Positions 18,448 through 27,763 of a DNA stretch of 64,000 nucleotides are shown in pieces (positions within the stretch are counted from its first letter, which is position 1; each line of letters starts with the position of its first letter). Source of the DNA: an uncultured Candidatus Poseidoniales archaeon (GTDB lineage: Archaea > Thermoplasmatota > Poseidoniia > Poseidoniales > CAYMED01); contig CAYMED010000001.1 in assembly GCA_964389655.1 (NCBI GenBank), positions 103,780 through 167,779 on the forward strand, in the 5' to 3' direction. Position numbers and translations under genes: made by a program. Below the pieces are notes generated by a model, which was not told the DNA's origin, searched no databases, and saw only the letters and a program-made list of their open reading frames with translations.

Positions 18448-18550
18448 TGATATCTTGTTCAGGTGGTCAGGGGCCGTTTATAGATTCTCTCTTTCGAAAG
18501 CGAGTTCAATAATACGCGCTACTCATAACACTTGATCCAAGTCCCTGTTT

Positions 18551-19549
18551 GTGCGTATCGCTTGGTCATGGTGTGGGGCGGTGCTTTTCGATGATGAAAA
18601 CATGGCTGTATCTCGCCTTCCGCTGGACGAAGATTCTGATTGTGTAGTGATTTCTGATCGATTTCACTCGATTAATGAGCAAAAAATAACTCAAGAAGGC
18701 GCTGACCTTTTCAGTATTCATCCAGATGCTGTTGTAGATCGTAATGCGAGCCCCGGATGGATTCTTGGTTTTGCCCCATCTCCTGAGTTGAAAGCCCGGC
18801 GCGATGAGGTCCTTCAGCAACGCATTGTATCTGACTTAAGGAAATCAGCACAAGCTCTTGATAGAAGAATAGAGCACCTTTTGTGCTCACTTGATGAGGC
18901 GCGTGAATCTCAGCAAATTGCTCATGCACGGTTGCTGGAATGGGTTGGTCAACTATTACCTGAACTTGACCCTGATGCAGATAGAACTCACGTAAGTGAG
19001 GCTGTATTACAATCAAAAAACCTAGCTGAAGTTGCAACGCGCCTCAAATTGAATTCAGAACCCCCTGATATACAACCCTCAGAATGGAATGCAATGAACT
19101 CTTTTGCCTCTAACGCAGAAACTAGCAATTCATCAGCCTCATTTGCTGAAGAAGCGCTGAGGCTTGTTACGGCCGAGCGCGCCCCTTCAATGTGTGTTTT
19201 GATAGGCCCTATAATTACAGCACGGATGATTGTTGCAGCACGCAGCCTTGATCGCCTTGCTCGAATGAGCAGTGGGGGTATACAACTTCTAGGCGCCGAG
19301 CGCTCTTTTTTTAAGGCATTAGAGACGGGTGGCCCTCCACCCAAACATGGCTCTATTATTTGGTCACACGTGTGGGTACATGGTAGCCCTCTCAAAGCAA
19401 GAGGACGCGTTGCTCGAATGCTTGCAGGACGGCTATCCATTGCAGCTAGAGTAGATGTTTTTGGTGGAGATACATGGGATGAAACTCATGCAAATGATGT
19501 TGGAAATGCAGTTCTAGAGATCCAAAAGCGGGCTAAGGGGGGGCAATAA
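18551..19549 (+). CDS. nop5: C/D box sRNP protein Nop5 (Nop56/58)
   Basis: APSMCVLIGP, LARMSSGGIQLLGAERSFF, PPKHG, RGRVARMLAGRLSIAARVD; adjacent to fibrillarin. Confidence 0.88.
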   Translation: MRIAWSWCGAVLFDDENMAVSRLPLDEDSDCVVISDRFHSINEQKITQEGADLFSIHPDAVVDRNASPGWILGFAPSPELKARRDEVLQQRIVSDLRKSAQALDRRIEHLLCSLDEARESQQIAHARLLEWVGQLLPELDPDADRTHVSEAVLQSKNLAEVATRLKLNSEPPDIQPSEWNAMNSFASNAETSNSSASFAEEALRLVTAERAPSMCVLIGPIITARMIVAARSLDRLARMSSGGIQLLGAERSFFKALETGGPPPKHGSIIWSHVWVHGSPLKARGRVARMLAGRLSIAARVDVFGGDTWDETHANDVGNAVLEIQKRAKGGQ

Positions 19550-20244
19550 TGGGCCGAGGAAACTCCCGTAGTTGGAATCAAATAACGGAGCGCTGCGCAG
19601 TATTCCGAAGACGGCCATGGACCCGTTCTGCTTCAGAGCACCCCTCGTTTGGTGAATCACGACAACGGCGCAAGGGGGACACATGGCGGGCTTGGGACCC
19701 TCGCCGATCAAAAATTTCTGCTGGAATCGTCGCTTCTAAGGTGGGGGTTGGGGATTGGTTACCTCTTCCTGGAGAGAGCATCCTATACCTTGGAGCAGGA
19801 CACGGGCAAACACTGAGCCATATTCATGACCTCACTTTTCTGGAAGATAAAAGCCGCATTATTGCCTGTGAAATCTCAAGCCGATGCCTTCGAAGTCTGA
19901 GAAGTGCTGCTGAAACTCGGGTTGGGATATATCCTGTTTTGATAGATGCTCGCCGTATTGATCTGATTGGACAAACGATAGATACTCCCGTTGATGTCGT
20001 GATTCAAGACGTATCTCAAGCAGATCAGGCCCGCATGTTTGCTCGCGCCTGCAACTTGCTTACTCCTTCTGGGAGAGGTCTCCTTTCTCTGAAACTTGCC
20101 TCTGAACGTGGAGGTATGCCGATGGCTGAAAAGAGCTTGAATGAGGCGAAATCAATGATACAGGGATATGGCCTGACTATAGATGAAGTCATTAACATTG
20201 AGCGTTGGCAACGAGGACATCGATTGATTATCGTTCGACGTTGA
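19549..20244 (+). CDS. flpA: Fibrillarin-like 2'-O-methyltransferase
   Basis: WRAWDPRRSKI, LYLGAG..TLSHI, QDVSQADQA. Confidence 0.9.
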   Translation: MGRGNSRSWNQITERCAVFRRRPWTRSASEHPSFGESRQRRKGDTWRAWDPRRSKISAGIVASKVGVGDWLPLPGESILYLGAGHGQTLSHIHDLTFLEDKSRIIACEISSRCLRSLRSAAETRVGIYPVLIDARRIDLIGQTIDTPVDVVIQDVSQADQARMFARACNLLTPSGRGLLSLKLASERGGMPMAEKSLNEAKSMIQGYGLTIDEVINIERWQRGHRLIIVRR

Positions 20245-20253
20245 GGGTATTTT

Positions 20254-21099
20254 GTGCCTGAACTTCCTGAAGTCGAAACTGTTCGAAAAGGCCTGATGCC
20301 TCTTCTAGGATGTACGATCTCGTCAATAGAGGTCAGAAGACGTGATCTTCGCCGCCTAATTCCTCTTGATTTTGAGCATAAAGTTCTCGGAAAACGCTGG
20401 TCTAAACTTCTGCGCAGGGGAAAACATCTGATTGTCAAATTGAATTCGGGGGATTACGTACTGATGCATTTAGGCATGTCAGGACGATTCCGCTTGTTCG
20501 CTCCATCAAAAGAACCAACTCTTGAAGAATCCCATACACACGTCATTTGGAAGTTTGCAGAAGGATTTGTTCTCAGACATATGGATCCACGACGGTTTGG
20601 TTGGGTTGATTTATGTGCCCATCTAGAAGATGACAGATCAATTTCAGTACTTGGTCCTGACCCCCTCGACATCACCTGGGATGCTGCAACACTTGGTTTG
20701 TCGCTACGTGGGCGGAAAACCCCCATTAAATCTGCATTGCTTGACCAACGTGTTGTAGCTGGTCTAGGAAATATCTACGTTTGTGAAATTCTCCATCATG
20801 CTAGAATTTCACCACGTAGGTCTGCCGACAGTGTATCTCGCACGTCTTCTTCTGAGAGTGGGCGAACAAATAGAATTGTATTAGCCACTCGAGAAATCCT
20901 TTCTAAAGCAATTAAGGCAGGGGGTTCAACACTCCGTGACCATCATGGGGTAGATGGGGACTTGGGGTATTTTCCAATTCAATTTCGAGTCTATGGGCGT
21001 AGTGGTGAACAGTGTCTTAGAATGGAATGCAATAGCGTTATTTCACGTATTGTGCAGAATGGAAGAAGCACTTTCTTTTGCCCATCATGCCAAAGGTGA
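20254..21099 (+). CDS. mutM: Formamidopyrimidine-DNA glycosylase
   Basis: PELPEVET N-terminus, RRGK, HLGMSG, DPRRFG, GLGNIY, C-terminal zinc finger FCPSCQ. Confidence 0.95.
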   Translation: MPELPEVETVRKGLMPLLGCTISSIEVRRRDLRRLIPLDFEHKVLGKRWSKLLRRGKHLIVKLNSGDYVLMHLGMSGRFRLFAPSKEPTLEESHTHVIWKFAEGFVLRHMDPRRFGWVDLCAHLEDDRSISVLGPDPLDITWDAATLGLSLRGRKTPIKSALLDQRVVAGLGNIYVCEILHHARISPRRSADSVSRTSSSESGRTNRIVLATREILSKAIKAGGSTLRDHHGVDGDLGYFPIQFRVYGRSGEQCLRMECNSVISRIVQNGRSTFFCPSCQR

Positions 21100-21104
21100 T
21101 GTTT

Positions 21105-22184
21105 TCAGTTATCGGAATTTTCTGCAAGGCGAATAAGTCCCCCGTCAAGCACATGAATTCGCTTTTGGCCCAATCCTTCCTTGATTAGATTGTAAGCAGC
21201 AGTATCTGATCGTATTCCAAATGGACAAACGAGAAGTAAATCCACTTCTGGTTCTAATTCATCAATATCGCTTAAGATCGAATTTGTTGATGTGTGCATG
21301 CCTTCAACAAAAGGATATGGCAAAGACTCATTCGATATCGGGCTCAAGTCAAGAATTACGGGGCTCCACCCATTGGTAAATCTTCTAATCACTTCATCAG
21401 GCTGAATACGCGTGGGTTCTTTTGGGAATGTCTCATCCCTCCAAAGAGGTTTGTGTGGTACTTCATTTTGTATTTTTATTTTCTGGAATTTTGTATTTTC
21501 CCCATCAACTAGAAGCAAGAATCCCGATAAAGAGGGAGCACGTCCAAGAATAATTTCGATCACTTGCCCTGCTTGAATTGAACCAATCAATGCGGGTATG
21601 TGGGGAAGTACCCCAGTGGCACTACAGTCGCGCTGAGGCTCAGGAGATGGGGGAAATAGGTCATTATATCTTGGGCCATTTCCCCATCCAAACACAGTTA
21701 CTTGGCCACTAAATCGATAAATCCCTCCATGAACCCAAGGGATCCCACGTTCTGAGCAAATGGTATCAATATCCCTTCTGCTTCGAACTCGATCAGTTCC
21801 ATCGAGAATCACATCTACTTTGTCGACTAGTTGCCTCCCTGTTTCGATATCAAATGTGCAAGCATGCGTTTCAACAACGATCTTTGGATCAATACGGTGT
21901 ATTCCATCTCTTGCAGATTCTACTTTGAGGCGGCCTATATCTGAAACGCCATGAAGCGGTTGCCGGTGGAGGTTTGTTCCTTCTACAATATCTGAATCAA
22001 CTAGTATGAAATGGCCAACACCTGAACCTGCGAGTGCGGGAATTGCTGCAGAACCAAGTGCGCCACACCCGACAACCAGTACTGTTGCTCGCCGAATTCT
22101 TTGCTGCCCTTCCTTTCCTACTTCTGGCATGATCATTTGCCTAGCGAAGCGGACCTCGTCCCGGACTCCTTCCTCCAGTGCCAT
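21105..22184 (-). CDS. MoeB/ThiF-family E1-like adenylyltransferase with C-terminal rhodanese domain
   Basis: RFARQM, GCGALG, NLHRQ, DGTD, DCSATGV; rhodanese CPFGIRS and LDGGL. Confidence 0.88.
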   Translation of the reverse strand: MALEEGVRDEVRFARQMIMPEVGKEGQQRIRRATVLVVGCGALGSAAIPALAGSGVGHFILVDSDIVEGTNLHRQPLHGVSDIGRLKVESARDGIHRIDPKIVVETHACTFDIETGRQLVDKVDVILDGTDRVRSRRDIDTICSERGIPWVHGGIYRFSGQVTVFGWGNGPRYNDLFPPSPEPQRDCSATGVLPHIPALIGSIQAGQVIEIILGRAPSLSGFLLLVDGENTKFQKIKIQNEVPHKPLWRDETFPKEPTRIQPDEVIRRFTNGWSPVILDLSPISNESLPYPFVEGMHTSTNSILSDIDELEPEVDLLLVCPFGIRSDTAAYNLIKEGLGQKRIHVLDGGLIRLAENSDN

Positions 22185-22260
22185 CTAGTCTGCGAGAATC
22201 ATGCCTTGTTCATGGTTCCGTCGCCGGCAAACCCTTGCACCCCCTGCCTCTCGTACTATC

Positions 22261-22836
22261 GTGGAATCCAAAGCATGGCGCAGTGGACCGCTGCGCATAT
22301 CGAGAGTTGTGGGTGACCTCACAAGAGATCGTGCTGATGCAATTGTCAATGCGGCGAATACGGCCCTTAGCGGCGGAGGTGGCGTAGATGGCGCCATCCA
22401 TGCAGCAGCAGGACCAGAACTTGCAATTGCTTGTTCAGCATTTCCTGAAGTTGTAGAAGGCATTCGTTGTCCTGTGGGAAGTGCACGTGTAACTCTCGGT
22501 TTCGATTTAACATGCCGCTGGGTGATCCACACCGTCGGTCCCGTTTGGAGGGACCCAGAAAGTGATAGAGAAAGTCTAATCTCTGCGTTCCGTTCGAGTA
22601 TCCGTTTAGCCGATGCACTTGGTAGCCGTTCATTGGCAATGCCAGCAATTTCTTGTGGCGTATATGGTTGCCCACATCGTGAAGCCGCTCTAGCAGCTGC
22701 AAAAGCCATTGAATTAGAATCATACAACCTTATTCGCTTGCGAAACCTTCGTTTTGTTTTGGTTTCAGAATCTGTTGCTTTGCAATGGGACGACGTATTT
22801 ATGAGCCAATCTTGGGACTTGCTTGATTTACTCTAA
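22261..22836 (+). CDS. Macro domain protein (O-acetyl-ADP-ribose deacetylase)
   Basis: GDLT, AIVNAAN, GGGGVDGAIH, HTVGP, PAISCGVYG; start uncertain (22201 or 22261). Confidence 0.9.
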   Translation: MESKAWRSGPLRISRVVGDLTRDRADAIVNAANTALSGGGGVDGAIHAAAGPELAIACSAFPEVVEGIRCPVGSARVTLGFDLTCRWVIHTVGPVWRDPESDRESLISAFRSSIRLADALGSRSLAMPAISCGVYGCPHREAALAAAKAIELESYNLIRLRNLRFVLVSESVALQWDDVFMSQSWDLLDLL

Positions 22837-24410
22837 GTGAGTAGTTGGATGATTTCTTCACCCCAAATAGAATAGGACAGGTCCGCTCCAGTTGCTGAGT
22901 CAGCAGCCCATTGAAGGCTGTAATTGTAGGGCTCAGGAGCCATGAAGCATTCTTTCTCAAATGCCCCTTCTCTCTCAATGTGCAGCGTTGTATTTTCACC
23001 ATGGTGCGAGTGTAAATCGAAAGAGATACTTGATGTTGCTGACCAGATCCAGCATATCTGACCTCCTCTCGGAACACTCATGTCAACTTCAAAAGTAGTA
23101 CCTGCCCAAATAACTTGGTTGTCTGTCAAATTTGCACTTTTTTGTTTGGGATATGGGTCTAAAAGGATGGAATTAGACCAGTTGTCATATAGTTGGACCT
23201 GTACTATAGATGCATTTGAAGAAATGATGTGCAAAATTGTGGAATTAGATAATAAATCCCCACCGGATGCAGAAAATGCCCAATTTGTTCCAAGATCATC
23301 AGTGATGTTTTGCCCGAATGGAATCTGAACCCGTTCTGAAATAGTCCACCAAGTTAAGGCATGTTTTTCGTAAATGATAAGGCTAAGGTTGTGGATTGGT
23401 ATGAAAGATTCCGATTGAACGTATCCATTCCATTCAGTTCCATTTTCTGATTCTAGCCAATTAATGCTAAATTCTGGCCCAATTCGAGATGTGTTAATGC
23501 TGTCTGTGTCAGGAATTCGATAATTCACAGCGAAAGTTTCACGTGCTGATGATAGTTGGAACTTTGTCCAACGATTATCCGAATCAAAGTGCATAATCAA
23601 TTCCAATTTTGGATTGTTGAAACGGATATTGTAGTTCGATTCTGTGATGTTTTCCACCTCTATAAACACATCCTCATTTGCATAATTTCTGAGACGCAAA
23701 TCTAGTTCTTCGAATAAAGTCCTATTCACAACAGGTGCTAGATTAATGTCAAAGCAATTACTCCGGTTAGATATCAGACTCTTCCACATTTGGTGTCCAT
23801 TATTGCACCCAAGAGGTCGTTGCTGATTTTGTATTGAGGTAAAAACCGGTGCTGATTTATGCAGTTGTAAAGTAGATGATGTGGAATAAATCCCATCCTT
23901 GACCCCCACCCATTCCCCCGACTTTGACATCCAATTGATATTCCAAATTTGTGCGGCCTCCGATGAACCATTCCAGTATACGCCTGATGTTATTATTGCC
24001 TCCGATGACGACGAACTTGGGTCAAAAGTCGACCAATTTATTGAATAATCAGCGAATGCACTTGTTGGTAGAGGTGTATTTAGTAACTGGGTAAATTGAT
24101 CTTCTAAAGGAATCCCTTGATCCATAATTCTGTTCAATGGATGTGTTTCAACATTAAATATCTGGCTTAAGATATGCAAATCCTCAACGGATTTATTTGC
24201 CAAATCGAGAAACTCTGCGTGTAAAGGGTTGTCCTGAGAGATGGAGGTATTTGTTCCTGATTCGCCCGTTCCTACCTGACAATCCCTATTTTCAAGAATG
24301 TATTCCTCTTGGCATTCCTTTTGATGCTGTGAATTATCTTCTGATCCAAAACAACCAGCAGTGAGTAGACTTCCGATCACGAGAAGGCTGACGAATCTTA
24401 AGTCAGTCAT
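22833..24410 (-). CDS. Hypothetical lipoprotein
   Basis: Lipobox LTAGC after a hydrophobic leader; 525 aa, N/S-rich. Confidence 0.7.
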   Translation of the reverse strand: MTDLRFVSLLVIGSLLTAGCFGSEDNSQHQKECQEEYILENRDCQVGTGESGTNTSISQDNPLHAEFLDLANKSVEDLHILSQIFNVETHPLNRIMDQGIPLEDQFTQLLNTPLPTSAFADYSINWSTFDPSSSSSEAIITSGVYWNGSSEAAQIWNINWMSKSGEWVGVKDGIYSTSSTLQLHKSAPVFTSIQNQQRPLGCNNGHQMWKSLISNRSNCFDINLAPVVNRTLFEELDLRLRNYANEDVFIEVENITESNYNIRFNNPKLELIMHFDSDNRWTKFQLSSARETFAVNYRIPDTDSINTSRIGPEFSINWLESENGTEWNGYVQSESFIPIHNLSLIIYEKHALTWWTISERVQIPFGQNITDDLGTNWAFSASGGDLLSNSTILHIISSNASIVQVQLYDNWSNSILLDPYPKQKSANLTDNQVIWAGTTFEVDMSVPRGGQICWIWSATSSISFDLHSHHGENTTLHIEREGAFEKECFMAPEPYNYSLQWAADSATGADLSYSIWGEEIIQLLT

Positions 24411-24416
24411 TATTTC

Positions 24417-27400
24417 TCACATATCCCTTCGGAATGCTCCTCCAACTTCAAATAAAATTTCACTGACTTGTCCTACGGTACAAACAGGTGCTGCACGATA
24501 TATTGCGGCAAACAGGTTTCCCCCTTCTATGGCGATTCGGCGCAAATTAGCCAATTCCTCTTTAGAATTCTCGGCATGTCTTTCCCTAAAGTCCCTATTT
24601 CGAGAAATAATCAATTTTTTCTCCTCATCATTTGAGCGTGTAACATCAACAGAAAATGTATCTGCAGTATCTGCAGAAAGAACTACCGCATTTTGGTCCA
24701 CAAAATAATTCACTCCAGCAATTGGAAGTGACCCGTTATCCTTTCTGTGCTCATATTCCATCGATTCTTCTTGGATGCGTGTTCTCTGAAATCCCGTTTC
24801 AAGCGAGCCAAGGACTCCTCCTCGCCGATTCATTTCCTCAAATATTTGCAACACCTCTTCTTCGACACGGTTAGTCAACCATTCGACAATAAACGATCCT
24901 TGCAATGGGTTTTCACACATGTTCCATCCATATTCATTCGAGAGTATTAATTGTATTGCTACGGCATCTCGCACAGTATCCTCGGTTGGAGTTCCAAATG
25001 CCTCATCACGGCTATTTGTGTGCAAACTATTTGCAGAATCTTGAATCGCATAAAGGGCTTGCATTGTGGTTCGGTAGTCATTCCAAGCAAATTCTTGCGC
25101 ATGCAATGATCGTCCAGAACTTTGAATGTGATATTTCAATTTCTGTGATTTATTATTTGCACAATACTGTTCTCGCATTGCAATTGCCCAAATTCTACGA
25201 CAAACCCTTCCTATCACTGAATATTCAATGTCCATCCCATTTGAGAAGAAGAAGGAAAAGTTTTGCAGGAACTCATCAACATCCATCCCCCTCGCCCTGA
25301 ATATTTCGACATAAGTGAATGCATTTGCTAGAGTAAGTGCAGCTTGTGTAATTGGATTTGCTCCTGCCTCTGCGATGTGATAACCCGAAATTGAGACAAA
25401 ATAGTGATTTCGTACATCATGTTCAGCATACCATTCAGCCACATCCCCCATCATTCGCAATGCAAAGTCTAGGCTGAAAACAAGAGTGTTCTGCCCCATC
25501 GCTTCTTTGAGTTGGTCTGCTTGTACGGTGCCCCGAACAATAGATATTGCCCTCTTTTCAATCATTTCAGCCTCTTCTGAAGTTGGATCACGTCCATGCT
25601 CTTTCACGAATTTCTTCAGCTGCTGTTTTGCAGCAGTATGGAAAAAACAAGCGAGATGCCACCAATAATTTCCATTAATTGTCATAGAGACTGATGTGTC
25701 GGAAGCGCATAGGTCGAATCCGTCATAAAGCAGTTCCATTTCCTCAATTGTTGATATGCTGACTCCAGATTCACCCACTTTTCCATAAATATCTAATCGC
25801 TCATTAGGGTCTGCACCATAAAGTGAAGGTGAATCAAATGCCGTGGATAACCGATTGAATGGCACGTCCTTTGACAGGAAATGAAAGCGCTCGTTAGTAC
25901 GTTCGCTTGAGCCTTCTCCAGCAAACTGGCGTACAGGCAATTCATCTTTTCTTTTGAAGGGAAATACACCAGCAGTGTATGGATAATGCCCGGGGAGGTT
26001 CTCTGATCTAATATGTTTGAGTAATATTCCATTTTCTTCAATTGATGGAAGTGCAACCCGTGGTATATTGAGTCCCGAGAGTGATGATACATTTGTTCCA
26101 ACTTGGATATTCTTTCCTCGCACTTGATACATTGCAGACCCTTCACGGTATGATTTCATTTTCTCTTTGAACTCCCCAATTTCGACCCATATGTTCTCTG
26201 GGATTTCTCCGCGGATTTCTTTTGCTTGCTCAAATAGTTCTGAAGCGATTTCTTCTTTGCCCTTTCCGAGCATATGGTTTGCAGAATCTTCTAAATGGTC
26301 AACGAGATTCACCTTTTCAACAAATAAATCTGTTTGAAAATGATGCTTCCGCACATTTGTAGCCACATCTTGGAGATATGATTGATGCTCAAATGGAATA
26401 TGGGACCGTCGTGAGGGAAGTCCCTTTGAATTCAGATTTGGACCTGAAAAAGATAGATCTAATTGGTGGACATCATTGATAATAGTAGCAAGTCTGAACC
26501 ACAACATATTGATCCCTTCATCATTGAATTGAGAAGCAATTGTGGGTACAACAGGTAGTTCATTTTCATCTAAATCCCACATTTTTCTGTTTCTCCGAAC
26601 TTGTTTTCGAATTGCTGCGAGTGCATCTTCGGCACCCACCTTCTCAAATTTATTTAGAACAACTAAATCGGCATCGAGCATTTCCAGTTTTTCTAATTGA
26701 CTTGGCGCACCATATTCATTGGTTAACACATATACTGACAGATCAGCAATAGAACGAACCGCATCATCACCTTGGCCAATTCCACTTGTTTCGGCAAAAA
26801 TAAGATCGAATCCAACGGCTTGGCAGACTTCAATTGCTCGTTCCATGCATCCTGCAATTTCATTTCCCGAACCCCGGCTAGCGAAAGAGCGCATGAAAAT
26901 ATGCTCGCTTGATAGTGAGTTCATCCGAATCCTATCGCCTAACAAGGCGCCACCAGTACGCTTTCGACTAGGGTCGGTACAAAGTAGTGCCACTTTCAAT
27001 CCAGGGTTATCACGCTGGATCCGAAGCATCAATTCATCTAGTGTACTCGACTTTCCTGAACCACCAGTTCCAGTGAATCCAATTACTGGAACCTTTTCAT
27101 CAGTCGGACGACTTCTAGATCTCTCAAGAACTTCATGGAATATCTCGTTTTCTAGATTTTCAGCAATAGTCATTAGGGAAGCAATTGAACCTCTTTGTCG
27201 TGGGTAAATTGGCCCATTTAGTGCATCAATTCTTTCTTGTGAGACTAAATCTAACTGAGTAGCTAATTTGAGTGCATCCTCAACCATTCCTGTTAACCCC
27301 AGAACTCGACCATCATCGGGGGAATATATCCTCGCAATTCCTTCATCTCTGAGGTGACGTATTTCTTGAGGGAGAATTGTTCCTCCACCTCCTCCAAGGA

Positions 27401-27719
27401 GTACGACATGTTCAAATCCCTCAGCATCCAATATTTGCTTAGTTGCGGTAAAAAATTCTACCGCTCCACCCTGATAAGATGTGATCGCTATCGCATGTAC
27501 ATCTTCTTCAATTGCGGCTCGAGCAACTGCTTCAGCCGACCGGTCATGACCAAGGTGGATGACTTCAGCACCCATTGATTGGAATATTCTTCTCATGATA
27601 TTGATTGCAGCATCATGGCCATCAAAAATCGCTGCAGCAGTGACAATTCGTACAGGCATTCCCGAGGAAGTCCGAGCGATTATATCGCCCCCCTCCCCGT
27701 CAGATGCACTTGCAGTCAT
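24417..27719 (-). CDS. icmF: Fused isobutyryl-CoA mutase / MeaI GTPase (B12-dependent)
   Basis: B12-binding FDGHDAAINIMRR; GTGGSGKSS, LLGDRIRMN, ETSGIGQ; mutase RQFAGEG, RLSTAFD, SISGYHIAEAGANP. Confidence 0.92.
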   Translation of the reverse strand: MTASASDGEGGDIIARTSSGMPVRIVTAAAIFDGHDAAINIMRRIFQSMGAEVIHLGHDRSAEAVARAAIEEDVHAIAITSYQGGAVEFFTATKQILDAEGFEHVVLLGGGGGTILPQEIRHLRDEGIARIYSPDDGRVLGLTGMVEDALKLATQLDLVSQERIDALNGPIYPRQRGSIASLMTIAENLENEIFHEVLERSRSRPTDEKVPVIGFTGTGGSGKSSTLDELMLRIQRDNPGLKVALLCTDPSRKRTGGALLGDRIRMNSLSSEHIFMRSFASRGSGNEIAGCMERAIEVCQAVGFDLIFAETSGIGQGDDAVRSIADLSVYVLTNEYGAPSQLEKLEMLDADLVVLNKFEKVGAEDALAAIRKQVRRNRKMWDLDENELPVVPTIASQFNDEGINMLWFRLATIINDVHQLDLSFSGPNLNSKGLPSRRSHIPFEHQSYLQDVATNVRKHHFQTDLFVEKVNLVDHLEDSANHMLGKGKEEIASELFEQAKEIRGEIPENIWVEIGEFKEKMKSYREGSAMYQVRGKNIQVGTNVSSLSGLNIPRVALPSIEENGILLKHIRSENLPGHYPYTAGVFPFKRKDELPVRQFAGEGSSERTNERFHFLSKDVPFNRLSTAFDSPSLYGADPNERLDIYGKVGESGVSISTIEEMELLYDGFDLCASDTSVSMTINGNYWWHLACFFHTAAKQQLKKFVKEHGRDPTSEEAEMIEKRAISIVRGTVQADQLKEAMGQNTLVFSLDFALRMMGDVAEWYAEHDVRNHYFVSISGYHIAEAGANPITQAALTLANAFTYVEIFRARGMDVDEFLQNFSFFFSNGMDIEYSVIGRVCRRIWAIAMREQYCANNKSQKLKYHIQSSGRSLHAQEFAWNDYRTTMQALYAIQDSANSLHTNSRDEAFGTPTEDTVRDAVAIQLILSNEYGWNMCENPLQGSFIVEWLTNRVEEEVLQIFEEMNRRGGVLGSLETGFQRTRIQEESMEYEHRKDNGSLPIAGVNYFVDQNAVVLSADTADTFSVDVTRSNDEEKKLIISRNRDFRERHAENSKEELANLRRIAIEGGNLFAAIYRAAPVCTVGQVSEILFEVGGAFRRDM

Positions 27720-27763
27720 AATGGCTCATCGACCTTTCTACCTTCAGCCCATCGGATTGATTC

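Noticed and set aside
18437-18550. C/D box sRNA beside nop5-fibrillarin
   Set aside because: No convincing RUGAUGA...CUGA pair; region is better explained as a divergent promoter
22185-22727. 180-aa minus-strand ORF
   Set aside because: Antisense shadow of the well-supported macro domain gene
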